Below, piece after piece: positions 1 to 12,000 of a stretch of DNA of 49,868 nucleotides. The stretch lies in contig NW_021834329.1 of NCBI RefSeq assembly GCF_006345805.1, forward strand, positions 1-49,868, in the 5' to 3' direction. The notes below the pieces were generated by a model that had not been told where the DNA came from, did not search any database, and saw only the letters and a program-made list of their open reading frames with translations. This stretch comes from Octopus sinensis. Its lineage: Eukaryota. Positions within the stretch are counted from its first letter, which is position 1, and every line of letters begins with the position of its first letter. The translations under genes were made by a program, and so were the position numbers.

Positions 1-103
1 TATATATATATAGATATATATATATATATATATATTTACATATATATATACACACATCTATATATATATATATTATATATATATATATATATATTATATA
101 TAT

Positions 104-662
104 GGGCGTAGGAGTGGCTGTGAGGTAAGTAGCTTGCTACCACCCACAAGGTTCCGGGTTCAGTCCCACTACGTGGCTTCTTGGGCAAGTGTCTTCTACT
201 ATAGCCTCGGGCCGACCAACGCCTTGTGAGTGGATTTGATAGACGGAAACTGAAAGAAGCCTGTCGGATATATGTATATATGTATATATATATGGGCGTA
301 GGAGTGGCTGTGTGGTAGGTAGCTTGCTAACCAACCACATGGTTCCGGGTTCAGTCCCACTGCATGGCATCTTGGGCAAGTGTCTTCTGCTATAGCCTCG
401 GGCCGACCAATGCCTTGTGAGTGGATTTGGTAGACGGAAACTGAAAGAAGCCTGTCGGATATATGTATACACATATGTATGTGTGTGTATGTTTGTGTGT
501 CTGTGTTTGTCCCCCTAGCATAGCTGTTCGGCAAAAAGAGACATTTAGAATAAATACTGGGCTTACAAAGAATAAGTCCCGGGGTCGAGTTGCTCGACTA
601 AAGGTGGTGCTCCAGCATGGCCGCAGTCAAATGACTGAACACAAGTAAAAGAGAAAGAGAAA
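104..662 (+). mobile_element. Two tandem copies of tRNA-derived SINE family A (5' half plus near-full copy)
   Basis: Head GGCGTAGGAGTGGCTGTGTGGTAAG...GGTTCAGTCCC (Pol III A/B-box-like), internal (TA/TG)n, tail ...GACTGAAACAAGTAAAAGAG; about 20 copies or fragments in the window. Confidence 0.9.
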
Positions 663-668
663 AAGATA

Positions 669-719
<51 letters not shown>

Positions 720-748
720 ATATATATTTATATATATATATATACATG

Positions 749-862
749 GGCGCGGTGGTGGCTGTTTGGTAAGAAGCTCGCTTCCGCACTACATTGTTCC
801 GGGCTCAGTCCCACTGCGAAGAGGATTTAGTAGACGGAAACTGAAAAAGAGCCCGTCGTACC
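749..862 (+). mobile_element. Degenerate SINE family A 5' fragment
   Basis: Diverged head plus GGATTTAGTAGACGGAAACTGAAA segment, with an internal deletion. Confidence 0.75.
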
Positions 863-1409
863 TTTTAGCTAAACTGCCCAAACGTCTTATAAAGCTAGAT
901 TTCTGGTTCTGCCTAAGAAATGCTCTGCCTTCATCAGTGGGATATACACAGATAGTTCATAAATACAATTTTTTTGCTAGTTTATTTCGTCTCTCTGTCT
1001 TCTCTCCTGGTGCTGTATGAACATTTAATGTGGTTTTACAGTCAGGTTTCGGCTGCTATTTCCAGCGTGGTGGTATCTCTTAGATACCCTAAATTATAAT
1101 TTTAATATATATTTATATATATATGCATATATATGCCTATATATATGTATATATATATGCATATATATGCATATATATATGTATATAATATATATATATA
1201 TATATATTATATAATATATATATATATATTACACATATATATGCATATATATGCACACATATATATGCCTATATATATATTATATATATATATATATATA
1301 CAACATATTATGCATATATATGCACACATATATATGCCTATATATATATTATATATACACATATATATGCATATATATGCACACATATATATGCCTATAT
1401 ATATATATA

Positions 1410-1640
1410 TAGATACCTTGGGTATGAGTAAGTATTTTACTTATATCTCACGTATTTATCGCTGAAGAGGGGAAAATTCTTAGAAATTAACCCCGAAATT
1501 GGGACCATACGGTAATAACGGATTTTTTAGAAATTTCCTACCGTTTTGTTTTAGGTTTGTTTCGAGCGCATAAATTTAATGGTTATTGACAATTTTGTCT
1601 TTTTTAGGCATATTTGGCATTAGAATTTTTCTTTTGCCCT
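1410..1640 (+). mobile_element. Penelope-like terminal repeat fragment with hammerhead-like motif (1456-1515)
   Basis: ttatcg CTGAAGA gggg...cccc GAAA ttgggacc ATA cggtaa: stems I and II pair, stem III imperfect; embedded in (TA)n. Confidence 0.5.
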
Positions 1641-1934
1641 TATTTTGTAAATTGTATATATATATATATGGAGAGAGATGCATGTATGTACCTATTATGT
1701 CATACACTTACAATTGTATTATACATACACACTTATTCGCACATCTATAAACGCATATATACATATGTAGTCCTCACAGGGATGTGAGTTCAAGTTTCAT
1801 GGCTGATCAGTAACGATTTTTCTCTGTAATATATTGATAGTTTATCCTGTTCATTCTATTGTATTAGATTTATCATGCGTTTGAGAATAAATTATTTCTG
1901 TATCTTATATATATATTTACGTATATATAAAATA

Positions 1935-2538
1935 CTAGCAATATAGCCCAGCGTCGCTCGGGCTTGTTTTCTTTTCGATCTTTTGGAATTGGAATCTTTG
2001 AAAAGTAAAACTTTTGCATTATGTAGCTTGTTATTCTCTTTAAGTGAACATTTTTCTGGTTGAAATACACCGGAAAACGGTGACACAGCAGTCAAAAAAT
2101 CGTTAAAAATAGGATTTTTCATAGAAAAAAAACACCTTTTTGATGTAAATAATTTTTGGTGTTAACATGGTCCGATTTGAATGTTTTCGTCTACGGAAGG
2201 AAGAGCAAGCCTTCTTCTATCACACTCTCAATTTTGGTCAACTTGCGCTGCAGGGTCTCGGAGGAGATAGTGTTAGTTGAAGGCTACCAAACCTGGCATA
2301 CACAGACAACTTCAGCTTTATATATAACGATAACAAAAAGCACCTTTTTGATGTAAATAATTTTTGGTGTTAACATGGTCCGATTTGAATGTTTTCGTCT
2401 ACGGAAGGAAGAGCAAGCCTTCTTCTATCATACTCTCAATTTTGGTCAACTTCCGCCACAGGGTCTCCGAGGAGATAGTGTTAGTTGAAGGCTACCAAAC
2501 CTGCCACAGACAGACAACTTCAACTTTATATGTATAGA
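1935..2538 (-). mobile_element. Non-autonomous Helitron with internal ~210-bp tandem duplication
   Basis: Minus strand starts A|TCTATACATATAAAGTTGAAGTTGTCTG and ends with hairpin gcccgagcgacgctgggc then CTAG|T; 2125-2325 is repeated at 2335-2535. Confidence 0.85.
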
Positions 2539-2598
2539 TTGTCTGGAAGCACTTTTTACTGTGCAGGGAAGAGAGCACGGAATTACCCATCAAAAGAA

Positions 2599-2766
2599 TT
2601 AGGAGTGGCTGTGTGGTAAGTAGCTTGCTAACCAACCACATGGTTCCGGATTCAGTCCCACTGAGTGGCATCTTGGGCAAGTGTCTTCTGCTATAGCCCC
2701 GGGCCGACCAATGCCTTGTGAGTGAATTTGGTAGACGGAAACTGAAAGAAGCCTGTCGTATATATG

Positions 2767-2801
<35 letters not shown>

Positions 2802-2992
2802 TTGTCCCCCTAGCATTGCTTGACAACCGATGCTGGTGTGTTTACGTCCCCGTCACTTAGAGGTTCGGCAAAAGAGACCGATAGAATAAGTACTGGGCTT
2901 ACAAAGAATAAGTCCCGGGGTCGATTTGCTCGACTAAAGGCGGTGCTCCAGCATGGCCACAGTCAAATGACTGAAACAAGTAAAAGAGTAAA
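2599..2992 (+). mobile_element. SINE family A, near full length
   Basis: Same head, body and AAAAGAGT tail as the other family A copies. Confidence 0.92.
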
Positions 2993-3083
2993 ACCTAGTC
3001 ACAGTCGTTCGATACTGATCCTTGCAGTTAGCCGTTAACTAGAACATAACTAAGATCCAATACGGCGTCCGCCCAGATAATAT

Positions 3084-3487
3084 ATATTTCTTTACTGCCC
3101 ACAAGGGGCTAAACACAGAGGGGACAAACAAGGACAGACAAACAGATTAAGTAGATTACATCAACCCCTGTGCGTAACTGGTACTTAATTTATCGACCCT
3201 GAAAGGATGAAAGGTAAAGCTGACATTGGTGGAATTTGAACTCAGAACATAGCAGCAGACGAAATACCTATTTCTTTACAACCCACAAGGGCTAAACACA
3301 GAGGGGACAAACAAGGACAGGCAAACAGATTAAGTCGATTACATCGACCCAGTGCGTAACTGGTATTTATTTAATCGACCCCGAAAGGATGAAAGGTAAA
3401 GTCGACCTCGGCGGAATTTGAACTCAGAACGTAACGGGAAACGAAATACGGCAACGCATTTTACCCGGTGTGCTAATGTTTCCGCCC
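3084..3487 (-). mobile_element. tRNA-derived SINE family B with tandemly repeated 3' module
   Basis: Reverse complement of ...CTGAGTTCAAATTCCGCCGAGGTCGACTTT.CCTTTCATCCTTTCGGGGTCGAT...AAGTACCAG...CCCCTTGTGGG...AAAGAAATA, present twice. Confidence 0.9.
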
Positions 3488-3549
3488 AGATTATATATCC
3501 CTCCAAACTCACTTCCACACACACACACACACACACACACATATTATTC

Positions 3550-3900
3550 TGCAAAGTGTGTAAACATCACGTGACCATCTACATATGCGCACCTACATGA
3601 ATACGAGTACAGTTGCCGGTGTCACGTGACGGCAGGAAAGAACAGACGGTGATGCATCACGTGTTGAACAATCAGCGTTACATAAAGCACAATGCCACAT
3701 TGTTCCTATTCCGTTGTTAACCAATTTTTACGACGCACCCATAGTGGCAATCCACCCTTTCATCTTGTTTATATATGTGTATTATACAACAATCTGGGTT
3801 CTTTTTAAGTTTGGATGAAAAAAAAAATTATAATGAAGAACTAATAATGTCAACAAATATGGCGGTTTTGCGTGCTTTTTATTGACAAATGGTGCGGATT
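3550..3900. promoter_or_regulatory. Candidate enhancer: clustered E-box, Sox and Fox motifs
   Basis: CACGTG at 3568, 3623 (GTCACGTGAC) and 3658; TGTAAACA near 3559; AACAAT/CACAAT/ATTGTT at 3667-3704; non-repetitive sequence. Confidence 0.35.
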
Positions 3901-3922
3901 TGTACAAAATCTATACATATAA

Positions 3923-3963
<41 letters not shown>

Positions 3964-4189
3964 TATATGTATAAATATATATATATATATGTATGTATAT
4001 ATATATACACATGTGCATATATACATATATAATACGTATATATATATTTATAAGATACACATACATATGGTTATGTGGATATAAATTTCTATATGCATAT
4101 ATAGATGTGTTATATATACATATGTGTATATATCTTATATAGATATACATTTATATGTGTATGTATGCATATATACATGTGTGTATGTG

Positions 4190-4270
<81 letters not shown>

Positions 4271-4635
4271 GTATATATAGGCATATATATATACACATAT
4301 ATATGTGTGTATGTATGTGTATATATGTATATATACATATTTATATATTGCTATAGACACATGCGTATTTGTACTTGTGTGTTTATCTTTGAATATTTAC
4401 GTGTGTGTGTGTGTGTGTGTGTGTTGTTTGTGTCTGTGTGTATCATGTGTTGCTTTATGCAATTTATGTAACATAAAACGGTTGTTGTAAAAAGCGAAAT
4501 GGTTTTTTTTTCCTTTGGTGCATCTTTTCGGTGATTTGGTAGTCTATGCAATGGATGTTAGGAAATGAAAGGATATTCTTCGGCATTTTGGACGACGAAA
4601 TAAGGGAATCCCTGAATGACAGTCAATAATATTTT

Positions 4636-4920
4636 AAGGCTTGCGAGCTGGCAGAATGGTTAGCACACCAGGCGAAATGCTTAGCGGGATTTCGTCCGTC
4701 TTTACGTTCTGAGTTCTAACTCGCTGAGGTCGACTTTGCCTTCTATAAAACATGTACCAGTTGGACTTTGGGATCGATGCAATCGACTTACCCACCCTGC
4801 CCTGAAATTGAAGTCCTATATATACTCTCTTTTACTCTTTTACTTGTTTCAGTCAAGCAATTTTGGGGAAACAAACACACATACAAAGACACACACACAC
4901 AAACATATGTCTGTGTGTAT
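4636..4920. mobile_element. Diverged SINE B (+, 4636-4815) abutting a SINE A 3' fragment (-, 4827-4920)
   Basis: AAGGC..GCGAGCTGGCAGAATGGTTAGCAC head; TACTCTTTTACTTGTTTCAGTCA tail on the opposite strand. Confidence 0.8.
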
Positions 4921-4933
4921 GTAATATGTATAC

Positions 4934-4974
<41 letters not shown>

Positions 4975-4976
<2 letters not shown>

Positions 4977-5140
4977 ACGGGAAGGTTTACGAAATAAACA
5001 AAAGACGAAGGCCGGTGGAGTAACACAAAACAATTGTATTAGTATACCGCTCAGGAATAGAAATATAAAAAGTATTTTACGTTTCGAGCCTACGCTCTTC
5101 GACTGAAAGATACACAGAAAAGAAACAAGGAGAGAAACAA

Positions 5141-5142
<2 letters not shown>
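4975..5142 (-). mobile_element. Penelope-like terminal fragment with degenerate minimal hammerhead (5070-5110)
   Basis: Minus strand tCGAAGA gcgtaggctc GAAAC GTA: the CUGA core is damaged; flanked by (TA)n. Confidence 0.45.
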
Positions 5143-5183
<41 letters not shown>

Positions 5184-5952
5184 TGTATATATATAAATAA
5201 GGTAGATAAATTTACATATATACGTTTTATATATATATGTAATTATATTAATATAAATATATATATACATTTTATATATATAAATACAATTATATTATAT
5301 ATAATACATATATATATAAATATTTTATATATATATAAATATATATATAATTGTAAGTATACAAATATATTAATACATATATATATATGCGTGTAAGTCT
5401 GTATGTAAATATATATATCCATATATAAATATATATGTGTGTTTTCTGTGTGTGTGTGTGTGTGCGTGTGCGTGTGCGTGTGTATATCCATTATGGATGT
5501 ATGCATATATAGCTATGTACATATACGAATGCATATATACGCACTATACACTCCTAATGCATATACATTCTCACACAGACACACATGTGTTTGTATGATG
5601 CACTAGAAAGAGTGTAACCATGCGGGGTGGGGGCGTAAAGGGGGGGGGTCGAGAGGAAATACTTTTGAACAACAAAGAAGAGTTTTAGAGAGAAAGAGAC
5701 AGAATTTTTTTTAAGCAAACAAGGAATAAATAAATAAATAAATAAAAAATTTTTTAGATAAAATAGAATTGATGTAAAAAACCGTGATGTACAGTAAAAA
5801 TATTTTGCAGTTCAAACAGAATTTTATTGGTCTATTTTGCATATTCTTTGAAAGTTCGGGTCTCGTGAGCGGTTCCTCACTTTGCACCGCTGACGCCGAA
5901 TCTGCTGCTGTCGTAATGCTGACGGCAGCATTAATCCCTCAGCAACAGCGAG

Positions 5953-6392
5953 AGCCGTCCAAGAATTTGGACCTGGAGATCTCCATTTCCAGCGATATCG
6001 AGGGCCACCTCCCAGTGGTGTCGGGAGTCAATGAAGAGCCCTCGACAAAAACAAGGCGACCAAAGATTTTTGCTTTTTTCCCAAGGTCTGCGGTCTCCCG
6101 CCCCTAAGCCCTAGACCATCACCTAATCACCCTTACCCATCTTGTTGCTTAATCACAAAAACAACAGTAACAACAACCACAGCAGCAAAAACAGCCGTCC
6201 AAGAATTTGGACCTGGAGATCTCCATTTCCAGCGACTTCGAGGACCACCTCCCAGTGGTGTCGGGCGTCAACCAAGAGCCTTCGACTACAACAAGACGAC
6301 CAAAGTTTTGGAGTTTTTTTCCAAGGTCTGGGGTCTCGCGCCCCTCAGCCCTAGACCCTCACCTAATCACCCTTACCCGTCTTGTTGCTTAA
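5953..6392 (+). repeat. 240-bp-period direct duplication of a GC-richer ~200-bp unit with coding potential
   Basis: AGCCGTCCAAGAATTTGGACCTGGAGATCTCC...CTTGTTGCTTAA at 5953-6152 and 6193-6392, separated by a CAA/CAG-rich linker. Confidence 0.9.
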
Positions 6393-6409
6393 CAACAACA
6401 ACAATAACA

Positions 6410-7272
6410 GCGACGGGCACTCCGTCGGTTGCGCCTATGTGCTGTAGCCGAGCCGATCCGATCAACGGAACCTCCTGTTTGTGAAATGAACGGGACACAC
6501 GTACCCTTAACGTAGATCTTATCGAGGTTCAGTGTGTCACAGAATGTGACAAAGTTGGCCCCTTATGAATTACGCGTACAACTCACTTTTTCCCAGTTGA
6601 GTGGAGTGGAACAATACGAAAAAAACAGGTGCTCCGTCGGTTAAGACGACGACTGTTCCAGTTGATCCGATCAATGGAACAGCTTGCTTGTGAGATTAAC
6701 GTGCAAGTGGCTGGGTATTCCAGAGGCACATAACATTGTGAGTCATCTACCCGTAACCACTGTGCCGCACAGCATCTCTACTGGGGTACATTTCACCTGG
6801 ATGTAAGTACCTCTACGAGGAAATCGAACCCACAACCTTACGATCATGAGTCGTAAACCTTAACGTAGATCTTATGGAGGTTCAGCGTGACACAGAATGT
6901 GACAAGGTTGGCCCCTTATGAGGTACAGTCCGCTTGGCTGTAAGTCGATTCTCAACGCGCCGCCGCCGGAAATCGAACCCACAACCTTATGATCATGAGT
7001 CGTAAACCTTAACGTAGATCTTATGGAGGTTCAGCGTGACACAGAATGTGACAAGGTTGGCCCCTTATGAGTTACGCGTACAACACACTTTTCCCAGTTG
7101 AGTGGACTGGAACAATACGTAAAAATAGGTCCTCCGTCGGTTACGACGACGACTATTCCAGTTGATCCGATGAACGGCCTGTTTGGGAAATGAACGCGAC
7201 ACGCGGTCCTTAACGTAGTTCTGATGGAGGTTCAGTGTGACACAGAATGTGACAAGTTAGCCCCTTATGAAA
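6410..7272 (-). mobile_element. Rearranged tandem fragments of CORE-type SINE family E
   Basis: Repeated AACGTAGATCTTATGGAGGTTCAGCGTGACACAGAATGTGACAAGG..GGCCCC and GTTGATCCGATCAA.GGAAC segments; reverse complement of the element at 26093-26625. Confidence 0.75.
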
Positions 7273-7279
7273 TCTGATA

Positions 7280-7354
7280 ACGGAATATGTTGAATAAAAT
7301 CATAATTAACTGATTCTTTTCTATATTCTTTTACCCAAAATCAGGAACTTTCAA
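7280..7354 (+). mobile_element. Right-end fragment of mariner MITE
   Basis: GGAATATGTTGAATAAAATC...CAGGAACTTTCA matches 8235-8317. Confidence 0.7.
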
Positions 7355-7659
7355 ACAATCTCGCATTTATACATACATGTTGGCTGCCTCCCCCCCGGAT
7401 CGAGTTTGGCCATTGTACGAAGCTTAATCAATGTTGTTATCGTGTAATGCCTGTGCAAGAAGATATTGTTTTTAGTTGGGGAAAGGCTGTGCACTGAGTC
7501 AATCCCACTCACTAAGCAACAGCAGCCATAATCCGAAAAGAAGAACAAGTCAACATCATCGGTAACCACTGAGCCGCAGGTTTTATGTCAGAGTTATGCC
7601 AGTTACCTTAGTTACCTTCTCCTAGAAGGATGCCCTAACAAAGGCTAGGAGTCCTTCAC

Positions 7660-8100
7660 TACATACATACATACATACATACATACATACATTCATACAT
7701 ACATACATACATTCATACATACATACTTACATACACACATAGATACATACATACATACATACATACATACATACATACATACACACACACATAAATACAT
7801 ACACACATACATACACACATACATACTTACATAAATACATACATAGATACACGCATAAATACATACATACATAATTCATACATACATACATACATACATA
7901 CATACATACATACATACATACATACACATACATACATAAATACATAAATACATAAATACATACATACATACATACATACACACATAAATACATACATACA
8001 TACATACATACATACATACATACATACATACATACATAATGCATACATATACATACATACATATATACATGCATACATACATACGTACATACACACATAC
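7660..8100. repeat. (TACA)n microsatellite
   Basis: Long imperfect ATAC tetramer run. Confidence 0.97.
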
Positions 8101-8319
8101 ACAAGGGGTGCTTTAAAGTTTCTGGTTCTAAGGGTATCAAGAAAAATCTGGTTAGAGGCCCAACTGTCCGAGTTCTTTTACAAAGCTTAGAAAAACTGAA
8201 GGACCGCTGCAAGAAGTGTGTGAACCCGAGAGGGGAATATGTTGAATAAAATCGTAATTTACTGATGCTCCTCCATTTTCTTTCACCCAAGATCAGGAAC
8301 CTTTCAACAACCCCTCGTA
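8100..8319 (+). mobile_element. Mariner-derived MITE retaining the transposase C-terminal codons
   Basis: Imperfect TIRs CAAGGGGTGCTTTAAAGTTTCTGG / TCAGGAACCTTTCAACAACCCCTCG-TA; internal LQSLEKLKDRCKKCVNPRGEYVE*, the typical mariner ...RW.KC....GEY.E* ending. Confidence 0.85.
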
Positions 8320-8352
8320 CACCGCCCCTGTCGTTTCATACCTGTCGTACCT

Positions 8353-8768
8353 TACTCTCTCTTTTACTCTTTTACTTGTTTCAGTCATTTGATTGCGGCC
8401 ATGCTGGAGCACCGCCTTTAGTCGAGTAAATCGACCCCAGGACTTATTCTTTGTAAGACTAGTACTTACTCTATCGGTCTCTTTTTCCGAACCGCTAAGT
8501 GACGGGGACGTAAACACACCAGCATCGGTTGTCAAGCAATGCTAGGGGGACAAACACAGACACACAAACTCACACACACACACATATTAATATATACATA
8601 TATACGACGGGCTTCTTTCAGTTTCCGTCTACCAAATCCACTCACAAGGCTTTGGTCTGTCCGAGGCTATAGCAGAAGACACTTTCCCAAGGTGCCACAC
8701 AGTGGGACTGAACCCGGAACCATGTGGTTGGGAAGCAAGCTACTTACCACACAGCCACTCCTGCGCCT
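8353..8768 (-). mobile_element. SINE family A, full length
   Basis: Reverse complement of the family A sequence from GGCGCAGGAG to the AAAAGAGT tail. Confidence 0.93.
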
Positions 8769-8929
8769 ATGTCTTAAAAAAAAAACGCTGACCAGACTGG
8801 ATCCCCTGCTTTTTCAATTCTCATGGGAGGATCAGGTTCCGCTGGTCAGCAAATCCATCGGCTGTCAACACCACCAAATCCGTGGTGGTGGTCACGGGAG
8901 GTCGTGCTTGGTGATAGAAATGATTGTGT

Positions 8930-9581
8930 GGCAAGAAGTGTGATTCCCAAGACCATGGTTCCGGGATCATTCCAACAGCACGGCATCTTGGGCAATTGTC
9001 TTGTAACCAGTGCCTTCTGAAAGAATTTGTCAGACGGACACTGTATGGCCTTTTAGCTCTTATTTCTAGCAATGTAGGGGTCTCTTAATACCCTGGTCAT
9101 ATTTAGCGACAATTAAAATTTTCCTATTTGGTGAAATATTGCAATTATATTAATTATCTATAATTAGGTGCAGGGGTGACCGCGTGGTAAGTAGCTTGCT
9201 TCCAACCACATGGTTCCGGGTTCAGTCCCATTGCGTGTCACCTTGAGCAAATGTTTTCTACTATAGCGTCGGACCGACCGACCAAAGCGTTGTGAGTTGA
9301 TTCGGTAGACGGAAGCTGAAAGAAGTCCATCATTTATTGTATATGTGTGTGTGTGTGTGTATGAGTTTGTCCTCACCCCACTCCACTCCACAATCACTTG
9401 ACAACCGATGCTGGTGTGTTTACGTCGCCGTCACTTAGCGGTTCGGCAAAAGAGAGACCGATAGAATAAGTACTGGGCTTACAAAAAGAATAAGTCCCGG
9501 GGTCGATTTGCTCGACTAAAAGGCGGTGCTCCTGCATGGCTACAGTCAAATGACTGAAACAAGTAAAAGAGTAAAGAGTAA
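8930..9581 (+). mobile_element. Degenerate SINE A head (8930-9045) and SINE A copy (9166-9581)
   Basis: CCATGGTTCCGGG..CAGTCCCA..GGCATCTTGGGCAA motifs; the second copy has the full 3' tail. Confidence 0.85.
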
Positions 9582-9604
9582 ACAGTATGTATATATATCT
9601 ATAT

Positions 9605-10298
9605 GTTAGTTAGTTAGTTAGTTAATTTGGCTCAAAAGCAAATAGCAAGGCCATGTAGGGGGACATGGAGTTAAGTACAAGGTGGTGTTCATGTAAAGAG
9701 TTCAGGCCACTTGAGGTCCAGGGAGGCTTTGAACAAAGCGGTCGTCGGCATCTTCACCATCTCATCTGGCAGCTTGTTCCACGGACCCGCAACCCGGACG
9801 GAGAAAGCTCCACTCCTTCGATTGAGATGAAATCGTCGCAGGTAGAGCTTTTCGGAATGACCCTGCAGCCGACGCTCCGGAGCAGGAGTGAAGAACAGCT
9901 CTTTCGAGAGGTTACACTTCCCGCTTATGATGTTGTGGGCGAGAATGAGATCACCACGGCGGCGGCGTTTTTCAAGAGAATAAAGGTCGAGCGTCCTCAG
10001 CCTTTCTTCGTAGGACAAATTTTTGAGACCATGAACCAGGCGGGTAGCCAGCCTCTGGACTCTTTCGAGGTGCTGTATGTCTTTGAGGAGATAAGGAGAA
10101 GAGGCTTGAATCCCATACTCCAATATGGGTCTCACCAGCGTGACATAGAGTGGCAGGAATATGGCTGCTGTGAGCATTCCGAATGACCGTCGAATCAAAA
10201 ACAGAATTCCGCGCGCTTTGTTGGCATCATGGACGCACTGGGCCGAAGGCGAAAAGGAGGAATCCACCAAGATACCCAGGTCCTTTACCTGATCGGTC

Positions 10299-10301
<3 letters not shown>
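9605..10301 (-). mobile_element. 5'-truncated CR1-clade LINE: ORF2 C-terminus, 3' UTR and (TAAC)n tail
   Basis: KDLGILVD...LVRPILEYG...KDIQHLERVQRLATRLV...LSYEERLRTLDLYSLEKRRRRGDLI...WNKLP...FKASLD are hallmark CR1 ORF2 post-RT motifs. Stop at 9689-9691, TAAC repeats at 9605-9624, inserted in (TA)n. Confidence 0.95.
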
Positions 10302-10341
<40 letters not shown>

Positions 10342-10343
<2 letters not shown>

Positions 10344-10970
10344 GGATTAAGCACATAAATGCGAAACAAGATGGTGAAAATAGTATTCGAAGACCAGAGA
10401 TAGAGTAATATTCTTTATTAAACAGAAGTAAAAATATTACAAAAACTGTTACTCAGAGTTTAAACAGTTTTCTAAGACAGTTTTGTTTAGACAGTTTTTT
10501 CAATAATTATTCAGACTGTTGCTCTAGTAATGAGGCTAAAACACGCAGATTGAAGCTGTTTGGCACAGATTGACATTACACTCTGTTTTAACGTTTTAGG
10601 TCACTTCCGCTATTTACAAGAAGCGACCTAGAAGAACCAAGCGTTTTGGAGGAGAAGCGATTTTTCGCATGTGTGATGAGCTGTGGTGCCAAAAATATAA
10701 CCAAAGAACGAAGATGTACTCAATTTATATATTTTTAAGGATAGAATCTTACAGAATATTATGATGGTCTACTGGTTTCGCGTTTCGCTTGAGAAAGAGA
10801 GAGAATCGAGATTTCTACATCTTCCAGTGAGTTCTTTATCGTTTTCTATTATGGTATTTTAACGGAGACATTTTGATACTCTGACGGAGGAACGGAAATT
10901 ATTAAGTCAAAACACGCCTTACCTGAACGAGGAATATTCGTCAAAGACAGGTAAGTAAAAATTTCTTTCT
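10342..10970. mobile_element. Probable Penelope-like repeat fragments
   Basis: Abuts (TA)n; minus-strand GAAACCAGTA and CTGGAAGATG half-hammerhead-like motifs near 10770-10830; family assignment is tentative. Confidence 0.3.
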
Positions 10971-10973
10971 GTC

Positions 10974-11377
10974 TTACTCTTTTACTCTTTTACTTGTTTC
11001 AGTCATTTGACTGCGGCCATGCTGGAGCACCGCCTTTAATCGAGCAAATCGACCCCGGGACTTATTCTTTTGTAAGCCCAGTACTTATTCTATCGGTCTC
11101 TTTTGCCGAACCGCTAAGTAACGGGGACATAAGCAAACCAGCATCGGTTGTCAAGCAATGCTAGGGGGACAAACACAGACACACAAACACATACACGCAT
11201 ATATATATATATATATATATACGATGGGTTTCTTTCAGTTTCCAGCTACCAAATCCACTCACAAGGCTTTGGTCGGACGGAGGCTATAGTAGAAGACACT
11301 TGCCCAAGGTGCCACGCAGTGGGACTGAACCCGGAACCATGTGGTTGGTAAGCAAGCTACTTACCACACAGCCACTC
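10974..11377 (-). mobile_element. SINE family A
   Basis: Family A body and tail in reverse orientation. Confidence 0.92.
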
Positions 11378-11789
11378 ATTTTTTAAACCTTTTATTTGTT
11401 CAAATTTGTGACAAGGTCTACCACTGAAACCCCCAATAAACAAAGGCAAATGCGTAAAGTTGATTTTTTTTTATTTCCCACAAGGGGACAACATAAGGCA
11501 AATGCATAAAGTACAAGGGGTAAAGACCCCCGTCGGTCATGGATTTAATCCCATAGCAACGGTTGACGTAAATTTGTGTGCGCTGTGTACTCGCTTTGAA
11601 TCGGATGACGAAAATATACTCTGTCCCCTCTTTTGCGGATTTGTACCAGTTGATAAAAAATATCCGCCATTTCTCAAGGAATCGATAATAGAGGCCACAG
11701 TGCAAATTTTAAGGAATTTTATTGGTTTGTTAGACTCTTCGTGTAAATATTTCCAACTCAGTTCGAGATTTCATCACAATAATAATAAT

Positions 11790-11955
11790 AGGCGCAGGAG
11801 TTGCTGTGTGGTAAGTAGCTTGCTAACCAACCACATGGTTCCGGGTTCAGTCCCACTCCGTGGCATCTTGGGCAAGTGTCTTCTGCTATAGCCCCGGGCC
11901 GACCAATGCCTTGTGAGTGGATTTGGTAGACGGAAACTGAAAGAAGCTTGTCGTA

Positions 11956-12000
<45 letters not shown>

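Noticed and set aside
1780-1815. Minus-strand CTGATCA...GAAAC hammerhead-like string
   Set aside because: Core G is mutated and there is no convincing stem I or II.
7355-7655. Possible exon or LINE fragment
   Set aside because: No recognisable protein motif or convincing splice pair; left unclassified.
9665-10186. 173-aa plus-strand ORF
   Set aside because: Antisense shadow of the CR1 ORF2 fragment.
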